From Patescibacteria group bacterium (GTDB lineage Bacteria > Patescibacteriota > Patescibacteriia > UBA11705 > DATKZF01): a DNA stretch of 64,000 nt. Below, one piece after another: positions 55,976 to 64,000 of the stretch. The translations under genes were made by a program, and so were the position numbers. The notes under the pieces were generated by a model. That model saw only the letters and a list, made by a program, of their open reading frames with translations. It searched no databases and was not told where the DNA came from. The DNA lies in contig JBMORT010000002.1 of NCBI GenBank assembly GCA_049319825.1, positions 204,072 to 268,071 on the forward strand, in the 5' to 3' direction. How positions within the stretch are numbered: position 1 is the first letter of the stretch; each line of letters opens with the position of its first letter.

Positions 55976-57238
55976 TCAGCCATTAAAACTTTTTCTGGTT
56001 TTAAGAATCTTTTCTTCGGACACCCAAAATTTTCTCAGCTCGCCGCACAAAAATGTCGAGCCGGTTATCAGCAGTGTTTCGTTTTTTCTTTGATTCCTTC
56101 TCGCCTCGTCAAAAGCTTGCCAAGGGTCAAGATACGGTTGGCATTTTATTTTCGGCCAGAATTTTTTTATCACGGGCACTATTTTCAGCGGGTCAGTCGC
56201 CCGCCGCTGCTCGACCAAAAAGCGAGTGGCATAAACCTGGCAATTAAAATTGTCGAGCAAGGGCTTGAGGCAGGCTTTTTCATCCTTGGGAGAGGACAGG
56301 GCAAAAACAATGTGAAGTTTTGTCGTTCTATGGTTCTGTAGTTTTATAGTTAAATATTTCAGTTTATCAGGATTGTGAGCGGAGTCCAAAATGACAAGAG
56401 GATTTTTTTGGATAACTTCAAGCCGGCAGGGAAGCTTGGCCTTGGCGATCCCGGCTTTGATGAATTGCTTTTTTATTTTCAGATATTCTGCCATTTTTGA
56501 GGCCAGTTCAGCATTCGGATTTTGTTTCGACTCGACCCAAACCATTTTAGCTTTGGTTTTTTTTGCCTCGTTGTCAAAGATTTTTAGAAATTGTTTTTTC
56601 TTTTCAGTGGTCAAGCAAATATTTTGATGAATAATGCCGGCTTTTTCATATGCCACATCCTTTAATGTCGGCCCGATGATATGCAGATGGTCCGGTCCGA
56701 TATTGGTAATGGCCGCAACATCGATTCTGCTCAAGGCATTGGCCGCGTCATAGCGGCCGCCGCAGCCGACTTCGATGATTTGATAATCGCATTTTTGTTG
56801 TTTGAAATAGAGCAGGGCGATCAGCAGAAAATTCTCAAAATATGAAGGCAGACTCGTTTGCTCATGGCATTTTTCAATGATCGGTTTGGCTTTCTCAACC
56901 ATTGCCGTAAATTCATCCGGGCTGATATATAAATCATTGACTTTGATTCGCTCGATCGCAGCGGTCGAATGGGGAGACATGTAGGTGCCGACTTTTTTTC
57001 CCGCTTCAGTTAAAATTTGCTGCAATATATTGCAAGTTGACCCCTTGCCGCTGGTGCCGGTGACCACAATTATTTTTTTCGCCGACCTTTCAGGATTGCC
57101 CGCCAATTTTAACAGCAGCTTGGCCCGCTTTAAATATTGCCGCGGATCTCTGGCGCCCGTAATTGAAGAATCCTCGCGGAGATTGGCGAGGGAAATTAAA
57201 TAATTGAACGATTGGTTGTATTGCTTGAATGAAAACAT
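55976..57238 (-). CDS. folC: FolC-like Mur-ligase family protein (folylpolyglutamate/dihydrofolate synthase-like)
   Basis: VTGTSGKGST P-loop, DSAHNPD motif, 420 aa. Confidence 0.65.
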   Translation of the reverse strand: MFSFKQYNQSFNYLISLANLREDSSITGARDPRQYLKRAKLLLKLAGNPERSAKKIIVVTGTSGKGSTCNILQQILTEAGKKVGTYMSPHSTAAIERIKVNDLYISPDEFTAMVEKAKPIIEKCHEQTSLPSYFENFLLIALLYFKQQKCDYQIIEVGCGGRYDAANALSRIDVAAITNIGPDHLHIIGPTLKDVAYEKAGIIHQNICLTTEKKKQFLKIFDNEAKKTKAKMVWVESKQNPNAELASKMAEYLKIKKQFIKAGIAKAKLPCRLEVIQKNPLVILDSAHNPDKLKYLTIKLQNHRTTKLHIVFALSSPKDEKACLKPLLDNFNCQVYATRFLVEQRRATDPLKIVPVIKKFWPKIKCQPYLDPWQAFDEARRNQRKNETLLITGSTFLCGELRKFWVSEEKILKTRKSFNG

Positions 57239-57333
57239 TTTTTTTGTAAAGAGATACGCGGGAAAGAAAATGAAACAAGTTCGGCTTTTAAAGACGCGCC
57301 TTGCTAGTTTACTTGTTTTACTTGTCTTGGTAA

Positions 57334-58428
57334 TTATGATTTGACATAATTCTGATTCCCCAGATTCTTCACCATGCCTTTCATTTCCATTATAGTCAGA
57401 TTCGAATTGATTTCGCCAGCGCTGAGGCCGGTCAGCTTGACGACAAGATCGATGTGCTTGGGCTCGTCGGACAAAATTTCCAAAATCCTCTGCTCGATCG
57501 GACTGGCCGGCAGAATTTTTTTGTTTTCGGAATATTCTTCAATTTTTTCAATGTTTAACTCTTCCAATATATCGTCGACGCCGGTCACCAGCTTGGCCCC
57601 CTGTTTGATCAGATCATTGGTGCCTTGACTGACCGGAGAAGTGATCGGACCGGGAACAGCAAACACTTCGCGATTTTGATCAAGCGCGTATTTGGCGGTG
57701 ATCAGCGCGCCGGATGTTTCCCCGGCTTCAATGACCAGAGTTCCGACGCTCAGTCCGGAGATGATTCTGTTTCTGGTCGGGAAATTATGTCGCAGCGGAA
57801 GCGTGCCGATCGGGTATTCGGACAGCAGCAAGCCGCCGTTATCCAATATTTGCTGAGCCAGATAGCGATTAGATGTGGGATAAATATTTTCTCGATCAAT
57901 GCTTGAGCCGAGAACGGCAATAGTTTTTCCGCCGTATTTTATTGTTTCCGAATGAACCAACGAGTCGATTCCCAAAGCCAGACCGCTAACCAAAGTCAGC
58001 TCGGCCTTGACCAGGCCCCGCACCAGTTCCGGCACGATTTGCTGTCCATAGCCGGATATTTTTCGAGTGCCGACTACGGCTAAGGATATTTTTGACAAGC
58101 ATTCAATGTTGCCGCGATAAAACAGCAGCGCCGGCGATCCGTGTATTTGCTTGAGCGGCGCCGGGTATTCCGGCTGAGTGAAAAATATTGCTTTTAACTT
58201 GGCGGATTGGAATTTTTCTAGCTCTGATTCCGGATCAATAAATTTTCGCTTGGCCGCGAATTCCTCGGCCACGGACATTTCAATCCCGGCCTGCATCATT
58301 TCTTGCGGACGTGCATTGAAAGCGTCTTTGAGCGATGGGAAATAATTGAACAATCGCTTGAGACGAACCGAACCGATTTTGGGAAATCTGATAATTCCCA
58401 GACAGTATTTTAATTCTTCGATCAGCAT
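57334..58428 (-). CDS. dprA: DNA processing protein A (DprA/Smf)
   Basis: Rossmann-like DprA core AVVGTRK..G..LA.G.D...H; start at internal ATG 58428. Confidence 0.8.
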   Translation of the reverse strand: MLIEELKYCLGIIRFPKIGSVRLKRLFNYFPSLKDAFNARPQEMMQAGIEMSVAEEFAAKRKFIDPESELEKFQSAKLKAIFFTQPEYPAPLKQIHGSPALLFYRGNIECLSKISLAVVGTRKISGYGQQIVPELVRGLVKAELTLVSGLALGIDSLVHSETIKYGGKTIAVLGSSIDRENIYPTSNRYLAQQILDNGGLLLSEYPIGTLPLRHNFPTRNRIISGLSVGTLVIEAGETSGALITAKYALDQNREVFAVPGPITSPVSQGTNDLIKQGAKLVTGVDDILEELNIEKIEEYSENKKILPASPIEQRILEILSDEPKHIDLVVKLTGLSAGEINSNLTIMEMKGMVKNLGNQNYVKS

Positions 58429-58487
58429 ATGTTGTATCAGGTTAACATAAAAGAAATTTTTTGAAAATATGATTAATTTCCGACGCG

Positions 58488-58516
58488 TTGACAAAAAATG
58501 TTTGAAACGATAGAAT
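58488..58516 (+). promoter_or_regulatory. sigma70 promoter TTGACA-17-TAGAAT
   Basis: drives candidate ncRNA. Confidence 0.5.
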
Positions 58517-58522
58517 TTTATT

Positions 58523-58653
58523 GATGATCGCCCCGCTGCGACAGGGTGAATGGCGCATCGCCCGAATAACCCCTGTTGGCTCACCCATTGCGCCAGCTCA
58601 ACGAAACCGCAAATCGCCCGCAAACAATCATTGTTTGCGGGCCTGCCTTTTTT
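58523..58653 (+). ncRNA. candidate ~130-nt structured RNA with pseudoknot-compatible pairings and terminator
   Basis: interleaved complementary pairs ACAGGG/CCCTGT and TGGCGCA/TGCGCCA; 11-bp terminator stem CCCGCAAACAA/TTGTTTGCGGG then T6. Confidence 0.35.
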
Positions 58654-58831
58654 AAAAAAGTGCCGTAACCAGTAAAAGGAAATAGCTTACGGAAATAGCA
58701 TGAGTTTTTGGCTCTGCTGTGGGTTTGGCATTTCGAGCTTTATTTTTGTGTAAATTTAGCATGTTATCATTGTTTATTGACAACCTTCATAATTATTTAT
58801 AAACTGAAATCGCTTGAAAAACAATGTCACG

Positions 58832-58860
58832 TTGACATTCTCCATATTTTATGATATAAT
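58832..58860 (+). promoter_or_regulatory. sigma70 promoter TTGACA-17-TATAAT with ~200-nt leader to GC-rich lipoprotein gene
   Basis: perfect consensus; second weaker promoter TTGACA-17-TAAACT at 58777..58805. Confidence 0.55.
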
Positions 58861-59073
58861 AGAAAGTCAATTCAGAGGAATGGGAGAATGAATTTTTTAA
58901 CAATACGCGCATGATTTTGCTTATCGGCCGGGTCAGTGCTAGCAGCCCCTCCTCTGCTGCCGAGTACCTGCGTTGGTAAGCAATATCATGAGCGGTATTG
59001 TCCGATAGAATCCCCGGATCCTCGAGATAGCGGGGATTCATTGTATACGACAAACTCACGGAAGGAGTTAACT

Positions 59074-59427
59074 ATGTCCAAGTTGGTAGTTCTGGCTCTT
59101 CTGGTCGGAGTCGGTGGCTGTACGCTGAGCGCGGGTCCGCCGGTTCTCGTCAATACCCCGCACTACGCCTACCATTCGGGCGGCCTGTGCAATGACGGGT
59201 TCTACTACGACGGCTATTACTGCCGTGCGGCCCGGTTCGCCCATGTCTTCTACCGTCCACACCCCGAGTACGGCCGCGGCTACTACCACGGCTACTCGGG
59301 CCATGCCTACTACCGCCATCATCCCTACCGCCGGCCAACCGTCGTCGTCACCGATCACCAGCAGCACCGTAAAGTAAAGGTGGTCAAGGTCAAGCGGCCC
59401 CGCCATCGTCCCCATCGCTATCGCTAA
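59074..59427 (+). CDS. small Tyr/His/Arg-rich lipoprotein on GC-rich island
   Basis: GGAGG RBS, signal peptide with lipobox-like VGGC, GC ~62%. Confidence 0.5.
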   Translation: MSKLVVLALLVGVGGCTLSAGPPVLVNTPHYAYHSGGLCNDGFYYDGYYCRAARFAHVFYRPHPEYGRGYYHGYSGHAYYRHHPYRRPTVVVTDHQQHRKVKVVKVKRPRHRPHRYR

Positions 59428-59438
59428 TCCAAAAAAAA

Positions 59439-59466
59439 GAGCGCTGAAGCCATGCTTTCAGCGCTC
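59439..59466. terminator. bidirectional terminator GAGCGCTGAA..TTCAGCGCTC flanked by A8 / T-run
   Basis: 10-bp stem between lipoprotein gene and pth. Confidence 0.6.
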
Positions 59467-59482
59467 AAAAGTTTTAAATAAG

Positions 59483-60022
59483 CTATATCAATTTTTCCTG
59501 TTCCAAAATCTTGCCAAAGGTTTTTTTTAATTTATTTTTTTCTAATAATGAAAATTTGCGCAATACGAAATCCGCCGCATCGCCCATTTTCCGGCGGTCA
59601 GGCCTGGCCACGCCGATCCGCAGCCGCCAGAAGTCGTTTGATCCAAGCTTGTCCATTATGTCTTGCACCCCGCGGTGGCCGGCGCTTGATCGCGATCGCT
59701 GCAATTTGTATTCGCCCAGTAAAATATCGATGTCATCATGCACGACCAAAATATCGTCCAAATTGATTTTAAAATAGGCGGCGATGCTCTGCGCGGCCGA
59801 ACCCGATTTATTCATAAAAGTCAGCGGCTTGGCCAAAATTATTTTTTTTCCGTCTGCTACGACTTGGTTTATCCAGCTGGACCAGCGCGTTTCTTTCTTC
59901 CAGCCGGAAAATCCTGGCGCTTTGTCGGCGATCATGTCGAGCATCATGAATCCGACATTGTGCCGCGTTTTTTCATATGCGGCCCCGGGATTACCCAGAC
60001 CGATTATTAATTTTGTTTTCAT
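59483..60022 (-). CDS. pth: peptidyl-tRNA hydrolase
   Basis: LIIGLGNPG..Y..TRHN.GF N-terminus. Confidence 0.9.
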   Translation of the reverse strand: MKTKLIIGLGNPGAAYEKTRHNVGFMMLDMIADKAPGFSGWKKETRWSSWINQVVADGKKIILAKPLTFMNKSGSAAQSIAAYFKINLDDILVVHDDIDILLGEYKLQRSRSSAGHRGVQDIMDKLGSNDFWRLRIGVARPDRRKMGDAADFVLRKFSLLEKNKLKKTFGKILEQEKLI

Positions 60023-61398
60023 AAAGTCTGTTGTCTTTTTTTTGCAATGAGTTTAATACCGCTGCCGCTTTTGAAAAATTTTTCCCGCAAACTGTTTAAC
60101 AAATAACGGCGATACGAGAAAGACAGCCATTTGGGTTCATTGACGATTACCGCGAATGTCGGCGGATCAATGCCGATTTGATTGATTTCATAAATATACG
60201 GCGGTTTGGCCAGTCGCGATTTGGCGCGCGGCGGCTGTTTTTTTATCAATGATTTTAGCAATCTATCAAGCCCGCTTTGGCTGATCACTTGTTTTCTGGC
60301 TTCGATCAGTTCGACCAGCATTTCCATTAATTTGGAAACGCGAAATCCGGATTTGGCCGAAACAAACACGATCGGCGCCCAAGCCAAAAAAGGCAGCATC
60401 GTCTGATAATACTCAATATATTTTTTTTGCGTTTTGGTGTCTTTTTCCGGTATCAGATCCCATTTATTGGCGACGATGATCAGGCTGGGATGGTTTTCCA
60501 TAATTTGCTGAGCCAAATTTTTATCTTGAAATTCAAGCCGTCGCGAGCAGTCGGTTATCAGCAGCGCGACATCCGATTCCTCTATCGATTGCAAGCTTTG
60601 TTCAATTCCCTGTCGTTCAAGTTTGCCTTTCACTTTGCCTTTTTTGCGCACGCCGGCGGTATCGATGAATTGAAAATTATAGGTGCTTCCGTTTTTGGCT
60701 TTATAATCAACATCGATCGTTTGCCGGTCGCGGGTGGTATGCGGTTTTTCGTTGACGATCACGCGCTCTTCGCCGGCGATGACATTAAATAGAGATGATT
60801 TGCCGACATTGGGTTTGCCGATCAGCGCGACTTTAATTTTTTTATCCACTTTTTCTTTAACGATTTCAGCCGTTTGTTTGTTTAGATTTATTTTTTCAAA
60901 AATAATGTCCAAAAGATCGCCGGAGCCGCGGCCGCTGAGCGCCGACACCGGAATCGGATCGCCCAGCCCAAGCTTATAGAATTCGGGCAGCGTGGCGTCC
61001 TGCCGGGCCGAATCACATTTGTTGACCACCAATAAAATATCTTTTTTATTTTTTAGACGAATGCGCTTGAGGATTTTTTTGTCATCGGCCAGCGGTCCGG
61101 ATTTGGCGTCAACCACAAACAGCACCAAATCGGCCTGGGCGATGGCGATGTCGGCTTGTTTTAGAGATTGCTCTTCGATCAGATCGGGATCCTTCACGTC
61201 CAGACCCGCGGCATCGATAATCGTGAAATTTTCTCCGCGCCACAATACTTGGCCGTATTGTCGGTCGCGAGTGGTGCCGGCGATGTCGGAAACAATCGCC
61301 TGGCGGGTTTCCGTCAGTTTATTGAACAGCGTGGATTTGCCGACGTTTACTCGGCCGGCCAAAACCACGGCCGGGTTTTCTTTTTTTATCTTGCTCAT
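60019..61398 (-). CDS. der: ribosome-associated GTPase Der (EngA)
   Basis: two G domains (GRVNVGKSTLFN, GKPNVGKSSLFN) plus KH-like C-term. Confidence 0.9.
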   Translation of the reverse strand: MSKIKKENPAVVLAGRVNVGKSTLFNKLTETRQAIVSDIAGTTRDRQYGQVLWRGENFTIIDAAGLDVKDPDLIEEQSLKQADIAIAQADLVLFVVDAKSGPLADDKKILKRIRLKNKKDILLVVNKCDSARQDATLPEFYKLGLGDPIPVSALSGRGSGDLLDIIFEKINLNKQTAEIVKEKVDKKIKVALIGKPNVGKSSLFNVIAGEERVIVNEKPHTTRDRQTIDVDYKAKNGSTYNFQFIDTAGVRKKGKVKGKLERQGIEQSLQSIEESDVALLITDCSRRLEFQDKNLAQQIMENHPSLIIVANKWDLIPEKDTKTQKKYIEYYQTMLPFLAWAPIVFVSAKSGFRVSKLMEMLVELIEARKQVISQSGLDRLLKSLIKKQPPRAKSRLAKPPYIYEINQIGIDPPTFAVIVNEPKWLSFSYRRYLLNSLREKFFKSGSGIKLIAKKRQQTL

Positions 61399-61586
61399 AT
61401 CATTGAATATATTATAGCTTGAGAATGAATGAAATTAAAGGGGCGTCCAAGAAAAAAAAACAAGCACTGTGCTTTTTTGTTTTTAACTTAAAAAATCGCT
61501 GCACGACTCCATGATTTTTATTTTTTGGTCCGAGGCTGGCCCGCCGCCGATGAACTTTTATTAGTTTGTGTTTATAATTTTATCAA

Positions 61587-62987
61587 TCACAGATTGGCAT
61601 TATCCGATCCGATGATGACGTAGAATTCAGTGTTTGGCGCCGCCAGCTTCGCCACCCAATCCGGAATATCAGTCGATGATTTCACCTTGAAAATCGTTTC
61701 CAGTACCTCGGTCGTGCTTTGCTTTTGTCCGCCAGTCAAATCGTATATGAAGGTTTGGTCATAATCTTGGCTGGGAGCATTGCCGATTTTTTCTACTTCA
61801 TAGCCCAAGTTCTGCAATTTGAGCGACGTTTTGTAAGCTAAGCCGCTGACTTTGGTGCCGTTCTTTATTTCGATCGATGCCGTGTTTTTATTTTCGATTT
61901 CGTGCTGTCCGATAAAAATATTTTCCACCGCGAATTGGATTTCCGAAAAGCTATTGCCCACCGGTCGCAGCACCGACGCCTCGCCGAATTTTGTCCCGTA
62001 TAAAAAGCCGTTTGGGCCATCATCGAGCACCAAGGTGAAAATATCCCGATTATTGATATCCTGAGTCAGCCGTGCCAGCCGGACAATTTCCCAAATTTCC
62101 ATGTTGGTCGAGGAATTGTCGCTAAAGGTGCTGATGATGGATGAAATTTTTTTGGGATTGAGAAAAAATTTGTATGAAAGCAGTTTCTCTCTGACCGCTT
62201 GTATCACTTTTTGTTGTCGCCGGCTGCGGGAGAAGTCCCCGGATTCGCCATTGTTGCCGTGTCTGGATCTGACAAATTTAAGCGCCTCTTCGCCGGTCAT
62301 CTGCTGCCAGCCTTCTTCAAAGTGCACCACTTGGTATTTGTAATTGTAGGTGGGATATTGATAATCGGTGAATGTCCGGTCAACATAGACATCGATGCCG
62401 CCAAGGTCATCGATAAAATCCTCGAATCCCTGAAAATCAACTTGAACAAAATAATGAATATCCAGATCCAAAATATTGGAAACGATCTCGGTGGCGTATT
62501 CGCCGCCGGAGCCGCTTTGATGGGCTTCGGCAAAAGCGTAAGCGTTATTGATTTTTCCCTGGCCGTATCCGGGCAAATCCACCAGCAGATCCCGAGGCAC
62601 GGAAATTAAAGCCAGTTGCTGAGTCGACGGCTTATAGCTGGCCAGCATAATAGTATCGGTCAGATTGGCGCCGTCGTGTCCGTGACCGCCATTGCCCAGC
62701 ATCAGAATGTTGATTCGATCTTCCTGTTCTCCGGCAAGAAGCTGTTCATGGCCGAGCAGCAGCTGCCCCATGTTTTTAAAAAAACCTGATCCCGGGAATT
62801 GCATGTTTTCTCCGTCAGAGAAAATTACCTGAAAACCAAAAACAGCAAAAACAGCCAGCGAGATGACGAACAAATATATGACCAATCGGCTGACTTTGAA
62901 TATTTTTTTGCCTTTGGGGGCGGAATTATCCTCTTTATTGAGCAGGTTTATTTTGGTGGCGGTGTCTAGATGATCCAAATTTTTCAT
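61587..62987 (-). CDS. LytR-CpsA-Psr (LCP) family cell-envelope protein with C-terminal LytR_C domain
   Basis: N-terminal TM, LCP core. Confidence 0.7.
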   Translation of the reverse strand: MKNLDHLDTATKINLLNKEDNSAPKGKKIFKVSRLVIYLFVISLAVFAVFGFQVIFSDGENMQFPGSGFFKNMGQLLLGHEQLLAGEQEDRINILMLGNGGHGHDGANLTDTIMLASYKPSTQQLALISVPRDLLVDLPGYGQGKINNAYAFAEAHQSGSGGEYATEIVSNILDLDIHYFVQVDFQGFEDFIDDLGGIDVYVDRTFTDYQYPTYNYKYQVVHFEEGWQQMTGEEALKFVRSRHGNNGESGDFSRSRRQQKVIQAVREKLLSYKFFLNPKKISSIISTFSDNSSTNMEIWEIVRLARLTQDINNRDIFTLVLDDGPNGFLYGTKFGEASVLRPVGNSFSEIQFAVENIFIGQHEIENKNTASIEIKNGTKVSGLAYKTSLKLQNLGYEVEKIGNAPSQDYDQTFIYDLTGGQKQSTTEVLETIFKVKSSTDIPDWVAKLAAPNTEFYVIIGSDNANL

Positions 62988-63118
62988 AATTTCTTTATCT
63001 ACAAAATTATTATAAGAGAATATAGATGATTTGACAACCTCTGTCTGTTTTGGTATTTGCTCTAATTTACAATTGGTGATATAATTAGGGCAATTGCATT
63101 AATTCAGATTACATTTAT

Positions 63119-63733
63119 ATGGAAAAAATAGAAACAAATGATCCGATTATCCCCAACAAATCAAGGAAGCGCGTTTTTTTTGAATTTGTCTGGGACTTGC
63201 TAAAAGTCGCTTGCATTTCGCTGGCGATTATAATTCCGGTCAGATATTTTTTAATCCAGCCGTTTTACGTCAAAGGCGCTTCGATGGAACCGAATTTGTA
63301 TGACCATGAATATCTGATAATCGATGAAATTTCTTATCGTTTCAACGGTCCGGAGCGGGGCGATATTGTCGTTTTTAAATATCCGCTCGACCAATCGCAA
63401 TATTTTATAAAAAGAGTGATCGGTCTGCCGGGAGAAAAAGTCGAGGTCAAAGACGGCATGATTTATATTTATTCTACAGATCAGGAGGGCACTGCCAGAA
63501 AGTACGTGTTGAATGAAACGGGATATCTAGATCCGAGCATTAAAACCTACGGCAACCATGCTTTTACTTTAGCGGCGGATGAATATTTTATGCTGGGAGA
63601 CAACCGCACTCAAAGCCTCGATTCCCGCACTTTTGGACCGGTATACCGGGATTTAATCATGGGAAAGGTTTGGCTGCGCGGCTGGCCTTTTAATCGAGCC
63701 ATGGTGTTCAGCGAGGTCGAATACGGGTTTTAA
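63119..63733 (+). CDS. lepB: signal peptidase I
   Basis: GASMEP (Ser box), GDIVVFK, KRVIGLPGE (Lys box), GDNR..S.DSR. Confidence 0.85.
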   Translation: MEKIETNDPIIPNKSRKRVFFEFVWDLLKVACISLAIIIPVRYFLIQPFYVKGASMEPNLYDHEYLIIDEISYRFNGPERGDIVVFKYPLDQSQYFIKRVIGLPGEKVEVKDGMIYIYSTDQEGTARKYVLNETGYLDPSIKTYGNHAFTLAADEYFMLGDNRTQSLDSRTFGPVYRDLIMGKVWLRGWPFNRAMVFSEVEYGF

Positions 63734-63799
63734 CGTTTCAGACGCGTCATTATATAGCTCAAAATTTTAATCTTTTATTTTTTATCTAATCTTCAACCT

Positions 63800-64000
63800 A
63801 TGCCACGCAGAAAAAAAACCGAAGAGCCGGCGGTAAAAATAAAATCAATTAAAACCCCTCAGCTGGTCAGAGGGATGAAGGATATAATTCCCGGTGATCA
63901 AAAATACTGGAATTATTTAAGGGATAGAATCAGAAAGATCGCCGAAGATTACTCATTTAAAAGAATCGATACCCCGATTTTAGAAAGCGTCAATCTGTTC
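63800..64000 (+). CDS. hisS: histidyl-tRNA synthetase, N-terminal fragment (runs off window)
   Basis: RGMKDIIPGDQKYW..I.......Y.F..I.TPI.E...LF matches HisRS N-terminus. Confidence 0.6.
   Translation, partial: MPRRKKTEEPAVKIKSIKTPQLVRGMKDIIPGDQKYWNYLRDRIRKIAEDYSFKRIDTPILESVNLF

Noticed and set aside
58523-58653. Fluoride (crcB) riboswitch identity for the candidate structured RNA
   Set aside because: A GGNGAUGG-like stretch is present but the rest of the consensus and a downstream regulated gene are missing.
58793-59059. 88-aa minus-strand ORF
   Set aside because: It lies antisense within the promoter/leader region of the GC-rich lipoprotein gene, with no RBS.

Overview
The window reads as a low-GC chromosomal segment from a small-genome bacterium, with features typical of Candidate Phyla Radiation / Patescibacteria. 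GC is roughly 40-48% by eye, and the window is mostly housekeeping genes. The clearest of these are trpS, RNase J, secG, a pyruvate/2-oxoacid:ferredoxin oxidoreductase operon (porGDAB), uvrA, rplS, gmk, the CCA enzyme, an RluD-like pseudouridine synthase, asnS, an archaeal-type aspS, scpAB, a D-Ala-D-Ala carboxypeptidase, a GT4 glycosyltransferase, three tRNAs, parAB, a tandem pair of Rel/SpoT homologs, topA, a FolC-like ligase, dprA, pth, der, an LCP protein, lepB and a hisS fragment. There is no rRNA and no CRISPR array. The most unusual content is listed below.

1. A four-gene cluster at 27369-32514. Three paralogous proteins each end in a PEP-utilizing-enzyme phosphohistidine swivel domain and start with a different N-terminal module. 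They are followed by a stand-alone PEP-synthase-type ATP-grasp (PPDK_N) domain protein. No PEP/pyruvate TIM-barrel domain is present anywhere, so this looks like a split, rifampin-phosphotransferase-like multi-module phosphotransfer system.

2. A 777-aa cysteine-rich secreted protein with a TrbC/VirB2-like two-helix pilin module, translationally coupled inside the por operon between porA and porB.

3. Three compositionally foreign GC-rich islands (22772-23317, 46470-48189, 59074-59427). Two of them sit directly downstream of perfect host-type sigma70 promoters.

4. A RAYT-like HUH transposase gene, plus REP-like tandem hairpins and several families of short tandem heptamer repeats in intergenic regions. 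The heptamers are GATCCAT, AGGCRAT and ATCCGAAT, and some copies sit immediately 5' of start codons.

5. Two candidate small structured RNAs, each with its own consensus promoter and intrinsic terminator (52065-52134 and 58523-58653).

6. A truncated tRNA-Leu duplicate carrying a perfect 20-bp palindrome.

7. A conserved ~45-nt element that follows both paralogous aaRS genes, asnS and aspS.

All functional calls are from motif-level reading of the supplied translations. No database search was run.
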